Below the pieces are notes generated by a model. The model was not told the DNA's origin and ran no database searches. It was given only the letters and a program-made list of their open reading frames with translations. A program made the position numbers and the translations under genes. DNA of 53,460 bases, taken from NCBI GenBank assembly GCA_042217395.1, contig JBDGSU010000019.1:1-53460 (forward strand). The letters run 5' to 3'. Shown piece after piece: positions 30,144-40,333 of the stretch. The DNA is from Halosimplex sp. (GTDB taxonomy: Archaea; Halobacteriota; Halobacteria; Halobacteriales; Haloarculaceae). Numbering within the stretch: position 1 is the stretch's first letter; each line of letters begins with the position of its first letter.

Positions 30144-30290
30144 CCCGCCGCCGGGCCTCCGGCTCCGTCCCGGCACCGTCGCTCCCACCGGCCTCCGCGG
30201 CGCGCGTTCTCCCGATGTTCCGTTCTCGCGCGTGATACTGGCTCGAAACGCTCAATATTCGTGGGGCGGAAGGGACTCTCAACGCCGTCC

Positions 30291-31160
30291 ATGTCGGAAT
30301 CAGTCATCGCGGACTTCGTCGCCACCTTCAACTCCGAGGCGTCGGCGCGCGCCGAGCCGGTCAAGGGGCGGATCCTCCTGAGCGAGAAACGGCTCGTCCT
30401 CGCGGCCGACGAGGGGAAAGTGACGATCCCCCTCTCGTCGGTGTTCGACGTCGCCGTCGGGCACGTCCCCGACGGCCTGGGCGACTTTTTCAACTCGACG
30501 GTCACCGTCGCCTTCGAGAAGAACGGCAACCGCATGGTCGCCGCCGTCGAGGCCGACGACGAGAAGATCGGGAAGTTCACCACGGTCCTGTTCAAGGCCG
30601 TCCTCAACGGCACCGACGTGACGGTCAAACACCCCGCCCGCGTCGGCGGTCGCGTCACCGACGCGTCGTTCGAGCCCGCGAAGCTCTACCTCGAACCCGG
30701 GAGCGTCCGCTTCCGGCGCGCCGACGACAGCGTCGACGTCGACCTCTCGACGGTCAGCGACTTCGACCGCCTCTCCCGGGAGATAAACGGGACCGACCAG
30801 GCCGTCCTCGCCGTTCGCCACCTCTCGGGGGGACAGGCGACGCTCTCGCTGGCGGCCATGGGGTCAGCGCGGAAGATGTCCATCCTCGGTCGGTACCTCC
30901 GACTGGAGTACAGCGACCTCATGGCCGACCTCGAGGACGTCACGCTCTCCGACGAACAGGTCGAACTGCTCGTCGCCGTCTACTCGACCGGGCCCTCCGT
31001 CTCGCTCGCCAACGTCCTCGACATCGACGCCAGCCAGCTGACGATGGTCCTCAACGACCTCCGGAAGGACGAACTCGTCGTCGACGCCGACGACGGCCCC
31101 ACGCTCACCCCGAAGGGCCGCGTCGTCGTCAGCAAGCATCTCGAAGACGTGAATTCGTAG
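30291..31160 (+). CDS. cheF: CheF-family archaeal chemotaxis adaptor (DUF439)
   Basis: PVKGRILLSEKRLVL, KHPARVGGRVTD, LGRYLRLEY and a C-terminal wHTH-like segment. Confidence 0.85.
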   Translation: MSESVIADFVATFNSEASARAEPVKGRILLSEKRLVLAADEGKVTIPLSSVFDVAVGHVPDGLGDFFNSTVTVAFEKNGNRMVAAVEADDEKIGKFTTVLFKAVLNGTDVTVKHPARVGGRVTDASFEPAKLYLEPGSVRFRRADDSVDVDLSTVSDFDRLSREINGTDQAVLAVRHLSGGQATLSLAAMGSARKMSILGRYLRLEYSDLMADLEDVTLSDEQVELLVAVYSTGPSVSLANVLDIDASQLTMVLNDLRKDELVVDADDGPTLTPKGRVVVSKHLEDVNS

Positions 31161-31370
31161 AGAGGGAGACCCCGCTCTCTCGACCGGTGACGCGAACGGA
31201 ACCCCGACCGAAGACGCGAGCGGAGCACCGACCGGAGACTCGGCGAGCCGGCCAGCCGACCGGGGCCTCGGTCGGTTCGACGATGGCACCGCTCTCGACG
31301 GTGCCGGCCCGACGGCGTCGCCGTCGAGTGCCGTTTTAAGTATCTGGGTCGTCCATCGACGGGTACGACT

Positions 31371-32621
31371 ATGGTCTCGCTCCTCGCGGTAGCGGGCGTT
31401 CTCGTCGCGGTGTTCGTCGGGTTCAACATCGGCGGTTCCTCGACTGGGGTCGCATTTGGCCCCTCCGTCGGGAGTCGCCTCGTGCGGAAGGCGACCGCGG
31501 CGACGCTGTTCACGTCGTTCGCCCTCGTCGGCGCGTGGACCGTCGGCCGAAACGTCATCGACACGATGAGCAGCAGCATCGTCCCCGCCTCGCAGTTCAC
31601 GCCGGTGGCCAGCGTCGGCGTCCTCTTTTTCACCGGCATGGCACTGCTCGTCTCGAACCTCTACGGCGTCCCCGCGTCGACCTCGATGACGGCCGTCGGC
31701 GCCATCGTGGGCCTCGGCCTCGCGACCGGGACGCTCAACGAGGCGCTGATGTTCACCATCGTCTCGGCGTGGATCGTCGCCCCGCTGGTCGGGTTCGCCT
31801 GCGGGGCGGTCATCGGTCGATACCTCTACCCGTACCTCGACCGTCGGATCGCGTTCACGCACTTCGAGTCGCACCTGGTCCGACTGGACCGGTCGGGGAC
31901 CGTCCCGCGACCGCGCTTCAACGAGAACGCGTCGGGCCGCGACATCGTCGGCTCCGCGGCGGTGGTGGCCATCGCCTGTTACATGGCGTTCTCCGCGGGG
32001 GCGTCCAACGCCGCCAACGCCGTCGCGCCGCTCGTGGGCGCGCAGGGACCGCTCACCGTCGACCAGGGCGTGCTCCTCGCCGTGTTCGCGTTCGGGCTGG
32101 GCGGGTTCACCATCGCCCGACGGACGCTCGACACCGTGGGCGACGACATCACCGAACTCCCGATCCTGGCGGCGCTCATCGTCTCCGTCGTCGGCGGGAC
32201 CATCATCACGGTGCTGTCGTACCTGGGCATCCCGGCGAGTCTCGCCGTCAGCACGACCTGCTGTATCATCGGCCTCGGCTGGGGGCGCGCGAGCCGCGCC
32301 GCGACCGTCGTCGAACTCGCGACGCCCGAACCGCGACACGAACCCGACCTCGAAGTCTCGACCGGCGCGCTCGTCGCCTCGCGGGCCGAAGGGGCCCCAA
32401 CGAGTCCGACGGTCGGCGACATCGCGCGCGGCGAAGCCCCGTCCGAACCGCCCGCCGACGAGGTCCCGGACGTCCCGGACATCGGCGAGAAGGAGCCCCC
32501 CGAACTGGACCGCAAGAGCCTGTTCGACCCCGCTGCGGTCAAGCGCATCGCGACCCTGTGGATCCTCACGCCGTCGCTCGCGGTGGCGGGGTCGTACCCG
32601 CTGTTCCGCCTCGTGCTCTGA
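31371..32621 (+). CDS. PiT family inorganic phosphate/anion permease
   Basis: GFNIGGSSTG, AFSAGASNAANA, GVPASTS and GIPASLA. Confidence 0.93.
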   Translation: MVSLLAVAGVLVAVFVGFNIGGSSTGVAFGPSVGSRLVRKATAATLFTSFALVGAWTVGRNVIDTMSSSIVPASQFTPVASVGVLFFTGMALLVSNLYGVPASTSMTAVGAIVGLGLATGTLNEALMFTIVSAWIVAPLVGFACGAVIGRYLYPYLDRRIAFTHFESHLVRLDRSGTVPRPRFNENASGRDIVGSAAVVAIACYMAFSAGASNAANAVAPLVGAQGPLTVDQGVLLAVFAFGLGGFTIARRTLDTVGDDITELPILAALIVSVVGGTIITVLSYLGIPASLAVSTTCCIIGLGWGRASRAATVVELATPEPRHEPDLEVSTGALVASRAEGAPTSPTVGDIARGEAPSEPPADEVPDVPDIGEKEPPELDRKSLFDPAAVKRIATLWILTPSLAVAGSYPLFRLVL

Positions 32622-32680
32622 GACCTCGGCGACCGACGCGCCGGCCGACCCGGCGCCACGACCGGTCCGCTCGGGGCCCG

Positions 32681-33100
32681 CTATCGAACGACGGTCACCG
32701 GGACCGGTGACTGCCGGAAGACCCGCTCCGCGACGTTCCCGACGAACAACCGGTCGGCGACCGACCCGCCGTGGCTCCCGATCACGACCGTGTCGAACTC
32801 GCCGGCCAGATTGAGAATGACGCGCGCGGGGTGGCCGGTCCGCACCTCAGTGTCTATCTCCGCGCCGTACTCGGCGGCGATCTCGAGCGCGCGGTCGACC
32901 ACCGGTTTCGCGTACTCGTCCATCGTTCGCTCCGGGTCCTCGGAGAGCGCGATCGCCGACGCCTCCCCGAACATCGCCGACGGCTCGCCGACGACCGTCA
33001 GGACCGTTATCTCGGCGGACGGGTGGACCTCGAGCGCGTACTCGAGCGCCGCCTCCGCGACCTCCGAGCCGTCCATCGCGACGAGGACTTTCGAGACCAT
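32681..33100 (-). CDS. Universal stress protein (UspA family)
   Basis: KVLVAMDGS...GHPARVI...VIGSHG...GNVAERVFRQSPVPVTVVR. Confidence 0.95.
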   Translation of the reverse strand: MVSKVLVAMDGSEVAEAALEYALEVHPSAEITVLTVVGEPSAMFGEASAIALSEDPERTMDEYAKPVVDRALEIAAEYGAEIDTEVRTGHPARVILNLAGEFDTVVIGSHGGSVADRLFVGNVAERVFRQSPVPVTVVR

Positions 33101-33258
33101 GTGGAGAGTACCCGCGCTCCGTCGAAAAACGTTTGCCACGTCCACCGCCGCGACCGGTCCGCTCCCCGAGTCGTCGGTCTGAGACGCGACGAGGCACGAC
33201 TCTCGACGGCCCGAGCCCCCACTGCCGTCACGGAACCCCCGGCGAACCCGCCGATCGG

Positions 33259-33948
33259 TCAGGCGTCCCAGCGTTCGCCGCTCGCCAGGTCCACCTCCGA
33301 GTCGCCCTTCTCCGACGGGCAGACGTCCGCGAGCACGCAGTCCCCGCAGTCGGGGTCGCGCGCCGTACACACCGCGCGCCCGTGGCTGATCAGCAGGTGC
33401 GTGTACCACTTCCACTCGTCTTCGGGAACGATCGGGAGCAGGTCTTCCTCGATGGCTTCGGGGCGCTCTTCCTCCGTGATGCCCAGCCGCCGGGAGAGCC
33501 GCTGGACGTGCGTGTCGACGACGATCCCCTCGACCAGGTCGTAGCCGTGCTGGAGGACGACGTTCGCCGTCTTCCGCCCCACGCCCCTCAGGTCGGTCAG
33601 TTCCTCCATCGTGTCCGGCACCTCGCCGTCGTGTTCGTCGATGATCGTCCGGGCCGACGATTTCAGGTAGTCCGCCTTGCTGTTGTGGTAGGTGATCGAC
33701 CCGATGTCCTCGGAGAGCTCGTCGACGTCGGCGTTCGCGTAGTCCTCGGGGGTCCGGTACTTCTCGAAGAGGTCCTCGGTCGTCTCGTTGACCCGCTCGT
33801 CGGTGCACTGCGCCGAGAGGACGACGGCGACCAGCAGTTCGAGCCGGTTGGAGAAGTTCAGGGAGATGGTCGCGTCGGGGTACTCCTCCCAGAGCCGTTC
33901 GACGACCTCCTCGGCCTGCTCCTCGCGCGAGGGAAGCGGCGTGCCCAT
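33259..33948 (-). CDS. nth: Endonuclease III
   Basis: LSAQCTD, HhH GVGRKTANV, VDTHV and Fe-S motif CX6CX2CX5C. Confidence 0.97.
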   Translation of the reverse strand: MGTPLPSREEQAEEVVERLWEEYPDATISLNFSNRLELLVAVVLSAQCTDERVNETTEDLFEKYRTPEDYANADVDELSEDIGSITYHNSKADYLKSSARTIIDEHDGEVPDTMEELTDLRGVGRKTANVVLQHGYDLVEGIVVDTHVQRLSRRLGITEEERPEAIEEDLLPIVPEDEWKWYTHLLISHGRAVCTARDPDCGDCVLADVCPSEKGDSEVDLASGERWDA

Positions 33949-34106
33949 GGTGGGCGGACCGTGGGGCGAGTCGCGCTTGAGTGGTTCGGTCTCGATCCGG
34001 CTGGCGGATCCAGCGCCGGCGGCGGACCTCGACGGCATCGACGACCGCCTCCACGACGCCAGCGACGAGGTCGGCACCGGCCGGAACCGGCTCGCGAGAG
34101 ACCGCC

Positions 34107-35750
34107 TCAGACGGCCTCGGGGCCGCGTTTGCCGGTTCGGACCTGCAGCGCCTCGGTGACCGGGAGGACGAACACTTTGCCGTCGCCCTTCTCGCCGGTG
34201 TGGGCGGCCTCGCGGACCGCGGTCGCCACCTCACCGGCGGAGACGTCGGCGACGACGCACTCGATCTTGACCTTCTGGTGGAGGTCGACGACGTACTCCT
34301 CGCCGCGCCACTGGCCTTTCTTCGGGGGCTGGGACCCCCGGCCGGAGACGTTCGAGACGGTGAGCGACGGTGCGCCGACGTCGGTGAGCGCCTCTTTGAC
34401 CGCCGAGAGCCGCTCCGGGCGGACGTAGGCGACGACCATCTCGATGTCGCGCTCGACGCCGCCGTCGGCCCGAACGGCGGAGTCGTTCACGCCGTCGGGG
34501 CTGGCGAACTCGGGGTAGGTCTCGACCCCGTGTTCGACCATGTCCAGGCCCTCGCGCTCGGTGGCCGCGTCGACGCGCGCCCAGCCCAGCGCCGTCGCCA
34601 GTTCGAACAGCGCGAACGTCCCACCGACGCTGATCGCCCCGACGAGCGCGACGCCCAGCAGCTGGACGCCGATCTGCGCCGGGTCGAAGCCGACCGTCGA
34701 CACCCCGGGGAGCGGGTAGAGGACGACGCCGAGGATGCCGGCCGTCCCGTGGACCGGGAAGACCGCGCAGACGTCGTCGATACGCAGCCGCGTCTCGACG
34801 AACTCGAAGACGACCGGGAGCTGTGCGCCGACGAGCGCGCCGATGAACAGCGCACCCGGCCAGGTCAACACGTCGGCGACGCCCGTCACGCCCACGAGCC
34901 CGGCGAGCATCCCGTTGGCGAGGTAGAGCGTGTCGACGTTGCCAGTCTTGCGGTAGGCGACCGCGCCGGCCGCCAGCCCGCCGGCGACCATCCCGAGCGT
35001 GGTCGTCAGCGCGACGCGGCCGACGTCGGCGAACGCGCCCAGCGCCAGGTCGGCGCCGGCCGACTCGACCGGTTCGAAGACGGTCACGGCCGTCCCGACG
35101 TTGAAACCGTACCAGCCGAACGCGAGGATGAGCGTCCCCAGCACCGCGAGGGTCACCGAGTGGCCGGGGATGACGTTCGCGCTCCCGTCGTCGTTGTACC
35201 GGCCGAGTCGGGGCCCGAGCACGTACGCGGCCGTCAGCCCCGAGAGACCGCCCAGCCCGTGGATGACCATCCCGCCGGCGAACTCGTGAAAGCCCAGTTG
35301 CGCCAGCAGTCCGCCCTTCCACGTCAGCCCGACGGCGACCGGGTAGACCACCGCGGTGACGAAGGCCGTGTAAACGACGTACATCCGCGGTTTACAGCGC
35401 CCCGCGACGGCGCCGGAGACGATGTTGGCCGCCGCGATGGCGAACATCCCGCTCATCAGCCAGCGGGCCCACTGCTGGGAGGTCCCCCCGACGTACCCGA
35501 ACGCGGCCGGGATCTGCGCGCCCGTCAGCGCCCCGACCGCGTTGGCGACGCCGTTTCCGACCAGGAAAAACACCAGTAGCCCGACACAGAGGGTGACGAG
35601 CGTCTGCGTCAACTGGTTCGCCACGTTCTTCGCGCGCACTTGCCCGGCCTCCAGCATGGCGAACCCCGCCTTCATGAAGAAGATGAGAAACGTGGCCACG
35701 AGCAACCAGACCAGGTTGATCCCCTGGACCAGCACCGACGTGTCTACCAT
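34107..35750 (-). CDS. amt: Ammonium transporter fused to C-terminal PII (GlnK-like) domain
   Basis: Amt motifs ([34 protein letters not shown]) in one ORF with PII motifs ([31 protein letters not shown]). Confidence 0.95.
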   Translation of the reverse strand: MVDTSVLVQGINLVWLLVATFLIFFMKAGFAMLEAGQVRAKNVANQLTQTLVTLCVGLLVFFLVGNGVANAVGALTGAQIPAAFGYVGGTSQQWARWLMSGMFAIAAANIVSGAVAGRCKPRMYVVYTAFVTAVVYPVAVGLTWKGGLLAQLGFHEFAGGMVIHGLGGLSGLTAAYVLGPRLGRYNDDGSANVIPGHSVTLAVLGTLILAFGWYGFNVGTAVTVFEPVESAGADLALGAFADVGRVALTTTLGMVAGGLAAGAVAYRKTGNVDTLYLANGMLAGLVGVTGVADVLTWPGALFIGALVGAQLPVVFEFVETRLRIDDVCAVFPVHGTAGILGVVLYPLPGVSTVGFDPAQIGVQLLGVALVGAISVGGTFALFELATALGWARVDAATEREGLDMVEHGVETYPEFASPDGVNDSAVRADGGVERDIEMVVAYVRPERLSAVKEALTDVGAPSLTVSNVSGRGSQPPKKGQWRGEEYVVDLHQKVKIECVVADVSAGEVATAVREAAHTGEKGDGKVFVLPVTEALQVRTGKRGPEAV

Positions 35751-36140
35751 CTGTTGGTACCCGCGTATTCTGACCGTTCGTCCGGTATTTCGTTCCGTTT
35801 CACGATGTGCGTTCGCCCCATAGCGTTCACAGACGTGCTTGCGACACTACTAGATAAACGTTCTGTAAACAATGTTCGAAAATTCGGCAACGTTCTGCCC
35901 GTTCGCCCGATATGCCGTAGAATATTACGTGTTTAAGGACCAGAGACGGCCACATTTCGGACGGTATTACGCCCGAAATTTCACAGATCGGATCGGTATC
36001 GCTCGAGAGGCGAGCCGAATCACGGGGTCGGGTCGGCGCACGCACCGTCCCGCACCGGTCCCGTCGCGGATCGAAAGTAGACGAACGTTCGATTCTCGAC
36101 CACAGCGTGTCCTCGCGACTCGGCCGCCCGCGACCGTTCT

Positions 36141-36375
36141 ACTCCACGTACGTGTACTTGCGCTCGCCCATCCGCCCCCAGCCGTCGAAGACGAACTGGC
36201 CACCACCTTTTTTCGCCTCGGGGTTCCTCGACCCCCTCCGGGGGTCTGCGGGACCCGCTCGGCCAAAAAACCTGGACCAAAAAAGCGACTGCGGCGACTC
36301 CGTCGCCCCGGTCGAATCACTCCACGTACGCGTACTTGCGCTCGCCCATCCGCCCCCAGCCGTCGAAGACGAACT
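36141..36375. repeat. 57-bp direct repeat of the hmgB 3' end (36141-36197 and 36319-36375) flanking structured motif copy 2 (36203-36284)
   Basis: 56/57 identical; both copies encode FVFDGWGRMGERKY(T/A)YVE and end in a stop (TAG versus TGA). Confidence 0.93.
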
Positions 36376-37663
36376 CCGATTCGGGGGCGGTGAACTGGTC
36401 GGTGTCGGCGGCGCCGGCGTCCTCGTCGTGGTTGTGGACGTCGTGGACGTCCTCGTACTCGTCGAAGGAGAGCTCGTAGCGGGCGGCGAGCTGGTCGTCC
36501 ACGTCGAGCGCGTCGATCTCCGCCTCCCAGCCCGACCGGACCGTCTCGGCGTGGATCTCCGCCTGCGCACCCGACCCGTACGACCCGAGGAGGAGCTTCT
36601 CGCCGGTCAGGTCGGTACCGTCCTCGTAGGCGGCCTTGAGTCCCGAGAGACGCGCGACGTGGACCGACCCGGTGTACCAGTTGCCGACCTCCCGCGAGAT
36701 CGTGAGCGTCGGGTCGACCGTCCGGTCGTACCAGTCTCTGTACACGTCGGTCTCGGTGAGCTCGTCGGTGTACTCGGCGGCCGCCTCGCGGAACGCCTCC
36801 TCGCTGTCGAACGCCTCGCGGCGGGGCTGTCGGCCGATCGACTCGGCGAGTTCCTCCTCGATCTCGGTGTCGCGGCTGAAGTGCCGGAACGCGAGCGCTG
36901 CGGCCTTGCGGACCATCCCGGGGTAGGGCGTGTGGAACGGCCCGAGGACGTAGTCGTCGGGATGGATCGAGCCCGCGACGGACTCGAAGTCCTCGATGGC
37001 CTCGCGCATCCGCGCGAGGTAGACCTGCACCGAGCGCTTGCCGTCGACGCTCGGGAACTGCTGCTGGGGTTTCAGGAAGTCGGTCTCGTCGGCGCTGCCG
37101 TAGCCCTGCTCGGCGGAGAGCTCGACCACGTCGGGGTCCTCGCTGACCAGCAGCGCGACCGCACCGGCGCCCTGCGTGGCCTCGCCGGGGTCGTCGCGGG
37201 CGTACAGCGCGGTGTCGGTCGTGATCACCAGCGCCGATCGCCCGCGATTGCGGCCCGCCCGGATCCAGTTGTACGCGTCGTCTAAGCTCTGTGTCCCCGA
37301 GATACAGGCGAACTTCCGTTCGCCCTTGTTGGCGTGGTGGAAGTCGCCGTCGTAGACCTGTTCGAGGCAGCCGGCGATGTACGTCGAGACGGGTTTGGAG
37401 TTGTCGAACGCCGACTCGGTCGCGACGTCGACCCGGCCGATGTCCTCGGGTTCGAGACCCTTGCGCTCCATCAGACGATGGGCCGCGTTGGCCCCCATCG
37501 TCACGATGTCCTCGTAGACGTCCGGGAACGAACTCGCCGTCAGGCCCAGCCCCTTCGTGTAGTAGCCCGGGTCCTCGTCCTGCGCCGGCGCGAACGTCTC
37601 CGGGAGGTCCAGTCTGAGCTTCCCCGTCCGGATCTCGATCCCGTCGATACCGACCGATGTCAT
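36317..37663 (-). CDS. hmgB: Hydroxymethylglutaryl-CoA synthase
   Basis: ATESAFDNSKP, KFACISGT (catalytic Cys), GEATQGAGAVA, FHTPYPGM, GNWYTGS and SYGSG. Confidence 0.96.
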   Translation of the reverse strand: MTSVGIDGIEIRTGKLRLDLPETFAPAQDEDPGYYTKGLGLTASSFPDVYEDIVTMGANAAHRLMERKGLEPEDIGRVDVATESAFDNSKPVSTYIAGCLEQVYDGDFHHANKGERKFACISGTQSLDDAYNWIRAGRNRGRSALVITTDTALYARDDPGEATQGAGAVALLVSEDPDVVELSAEQGYGSADETDFLKPQQQFPSVDGKRSVQVYLARMREAIEDFESVAGSIHPDDYVLGPFHTPYPGMVRKAAALAFRHFSRDTEIEEELAESIGRQPRREAFDSEEAFREAAAEYTDELTETDVYRDWYDRTVDPTLTISREVGNWYTGSVHVARLSGLKAAYEDGTDLTGEKLLLGSYGSGAQAEIHAETVRSGWEAEIDALDVDDQLAARYELSFDEYEDVHDVHNHDEDAGAADTDQFTAPESEFVFDGWGRMGERKYAYVE

Positions 37664-37756
37664 ACTCGCACGTTGCGTGGAACTCGTACAAGTGCCTGTC
37701 GACTAGTGTCTCGACGACCGTCGAATCGCGTTTCGCGAGGAGTCAGCAACGGTGAC

Positions 37757-40186
37757 CTACCGGGCGGTCGTCGTCGCGGTGTCGGAACTCGTCTGGCCGG
37801 CGCTATCGGTCACCTCGACGACGACGTAATACGGCTCGTCGCCTTTGTCGTTGCCCTGATCGGTGTCGCTGATGGACACCGTCACCTGGCCGCCCGAGTA
37901 GCTGTTGTCCGTGGTCGAGCCGACGACGTACGACTGACTGCTGCTGTCGTAGACTGTCACCGTGTAGCTACTGAGGTCGCCGTCGGGGTCGGATCCGGTG
38001 AACGTCACGTCGATGGTGTGCGTCCGGTCGTTACCCCCGGTGTCCGCGTCGTGGGTCGCCGAGTCGATGGTGACGCTCGGCGCGGAGTTCCCGCCGCCAC
38101 CGGTCCCCGGCGGCCGGCCGCCGGCCCGGCCGCCGCCGAGTGACTTCCCGATCACCGTGATCTGCGTATCGTCGACCAGCCACTCGTCGTTGGCGGAGTC
38201 CGCAGCGACCTGCCGGAAGCGCAGGGAGAAGTTCCCGTGGATCGCACTGCTTCCCAGCCGAACCGTCCGGTGATACGTCGGGTTCTGCGGACTGTCCGCG
38301 CTCCCCTTCGCCTCCAGCAGGTCGGCCTGCACCCACGTCCCGGCGGCGCTCTTGTACTCGACGACCACGTCCTCGTCCTTGCCCGTATCGGCGTCGTTCT
38401 CCTCGGCGCCGCTGTCCCGGGCCCAGTACTGGACGACCACCATCTCCGCACCCGTTGTGTTGTACTCCGTGGTGACGATCCCGCCGTCGTTGCCGCCGTC
38501 GATCAGCGCCGACTGCGACCCGGTATTGGCGTTCTGGCTCGTCAGCTTGTCCGAGTCCGACCCCTGGAACGTGCCGAATACGCCGTACTTCCCCAGGTCC
38601 GTCTCGAAACTCTCGTAGGAGGGCGTCGCGATGAGCCGCGTGTCGTTGGTACCCGCGCTCTGGGTCCACAGCGTGGCGTTGTCTTCCGTCCGCCCGAAGC
38701 GGACCGTGGTCTCCGCGGTTCCGTCGGACCCCGTGGCCGTGGTCCGGTCGAACACTCGCGCGACGCTCGTGTCGTCCGAACCGAATCCCACCGGCGCGCC
38801 GATCTGTGACTGTGCAGTCTCGGCCCGCATCGTCAGGTTACAGGGGTCCGGCGTCGACGTGCAGGCCTCGCCGCCGCTGGTCGTCCCGGGCACCGTCGTC
38901 GGCGACGTCCACTGGAGCGAGTAGCCGGCGCCACCCCCGCCCACACCACCGAGGCCGCTGCCGTCGCTGTTCCTGACGGTCACGTTCATGCTCACGTTCA
39001 CCGGTGTACCACCGGCGAACGACGTGAGGCCGGAGCCCGGGGTCACCGTGAAACTCGCGTTCACGCGCCCCTCGACGGACGCGCCGTCCACGTTCGCCGG
39101 CGCCCGGAAAGTGAACACCGCTCGTCCGTCGTCGCCAGTCTCGCGGGCCGCGGTGACCGACCCGACTCCGTCGGTCGCCGCTTCGACCGTCACGCCGCTG
39201 ACCGGGTTGTTATAGCGGTCGCGTACCTCGACGACGAACTGCCCGGTGCTCCCCTCGGGCACGCTCGACCCGTTGCCGCTGATCTCGGTGACGTAGGCCG
39301 CCGAGGTGTCCGTGACGCGCGTCCCGACGCCGGCTTTCGCCATCCGCAACTCGTAGGTCCCCGGCACCAATTCCACGACGAGCATCCGGTAGTCGGGGTG
39401 TCCCGCGATAGGGTTCGTCCGCAGATCGGTCACGTTCCCGCCCGCCTCGACCAACTCGTCTTCGAGGAGGTCCGCCCAGGTCGACTCCGAGAGTCGCGTC
39501 GGTACCCGGAGCGTCACGTTCGAGTCCGGGTCCGAATTGGTGACCGCCACCGTCGTCGGCGACGCGCTGACCGGCCGCACGTCGACCGACGTCGTCCCGG
39601 ACGACGACCGGCGCAGCGACCCGTTCAGCGTCACCAGCGTGATCGTCGACCCGTCGACCAGCACCTGGTCGCTGCGCGCGATGGTCGCCCCCTCGAACGA
39701 AAAGTCGTCGTACAGCACGCTGTTCTCGTACACCGTCGACGGCGGCTGGCCGTACTCGTGATAGCTCGGCCGGTAGACGACTCCGCCGGTCACGTAGTCG
39801 CGTCGCGTCCCCGTCCAGAAGTCGTCGGTCTCGTCGTCCAGCGCCGTCGCGTTCGCCAGTCCGAGCGACACCGTCCCGTCCGCCGTCCCCACCGTCCGCA
39901 ACTGCCCCGAAACCGGCGGCGGGTTCACCGCCAGCACCCGCGAGGGGTACGTCGTCCCCAACTGGATCGACACCGACCGCCGCGCCGAATCCCCCATCAT
40001 CGACACCACCGCGTTGCGCAGGTCCAGCAGCTCCCCCTGGACCTGCTGGCTGTGGTCGAACTCGATCTGCCTGTTCTGCTGTGGGACGACCGTCGCCTGA
40101 TACAGCGACAACAGGAGGATCAGCGCCGCGAAGATCAGGACCGCACCGATCTGGATGGACTGGCCCCTGTCGCCCCACGGCTCCAT
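37757..40186 (-). CDS. Large surface protein with archaeal class III (pilin-like) signal peptide and Ig-like domains
   Basis: DRG|QSIQIGAVLIFAALILLL N-terminus, Big_1-like VEVRDRYNNPVSGVTV, Gly linkers and Ser/Thr-rich beta domains. Confidence 0.8.
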   Translation of the reverse strand: MEPWGDRGQSIQIGAVLIFAALILLLSLYQATVVPQQNRQIEFDHSQQVQGELLDLRNAVVSMMGDSARRSVSIQLGTTYPSRVLAVNPPPVSGQLRTVGTADGTVSLGLANATALDDETDDFWTGTRRDYVTGGVVYRPSYHEYGQPPSTVYENSVLYDDFSFEGATIARSDQVLVDGSTITLVTLNGSLRRSSSGTTSVDVRPVSASPTTVAVTNSDPDSNVTLRVPTRLSESTWADLLEDELVEAGGNVTDLRTNPIAGHPDYRMLVVELVPGTYELRMAKAGVGTRVTDTSAAYVTEISGNGSSVPEGSTGQFVVEVRDRYNNPVSGVTVEAATDGVGSVTAARETGDDGRAVFTFRAPANVDGASVEGRVNASFTVTPGSGLTSFAGGTPVNVSMNVTVRNSDGSGLGGVGGGGAGYSLQWTSPTTVPGTTSGGEACTSTPDPCNLTMRAETAQSQIGAPVGFGSDDTSVARVFDRTTATGSDGTAETTVRFGRTEDNATLWTQSAGTNDTRLIATPSYESFETDLGKYGVFGTFQGSDSDKLTSQNANTGSQSALIDGGNDGGIVTTEYNTTGAEMVVVQYWARDSGAEENDADTGKDEDVVVEYKSAAGTWVQADLLEAKGSADSPQNPTYHRTVRLGSSAIHGNFSLRFRQVAADSANDEWLVDDTQITVIGKSLGGGRAGGRPPGTGGGGNSAPSVTIDSATHDADTGGNDRTHTIDVTFTGSDPDGDLSSYTVTVYDSSSQSYVVGSTTDNSYSGGQVTVSISDTDQGNDKGDEPYYVVVEVTDSAGQTSSDTATTTAR

Positions 40187-40333
40187 GTCGCCCGAGTACC
40201 CCCTCGCCCCGCAAAAACCTGTGTCCCCGATTGTTCGTCGTGATAACGGGCCGCGACCGCAAGAACCCGACGCGAGCGCCGACGCCGGACGGAAGAAACC
40301 GAGCGGGAAGGAGCGTCCGAGCGGGAAGGCGGG

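Noticed and set aside
36141-36375. hmgB 3' duplication as a DGR template/variable repeat pair
   Set aside because: Only one internal mismatch, no reverse transcriptase in the window, and the target is a housekeeping enzyme.
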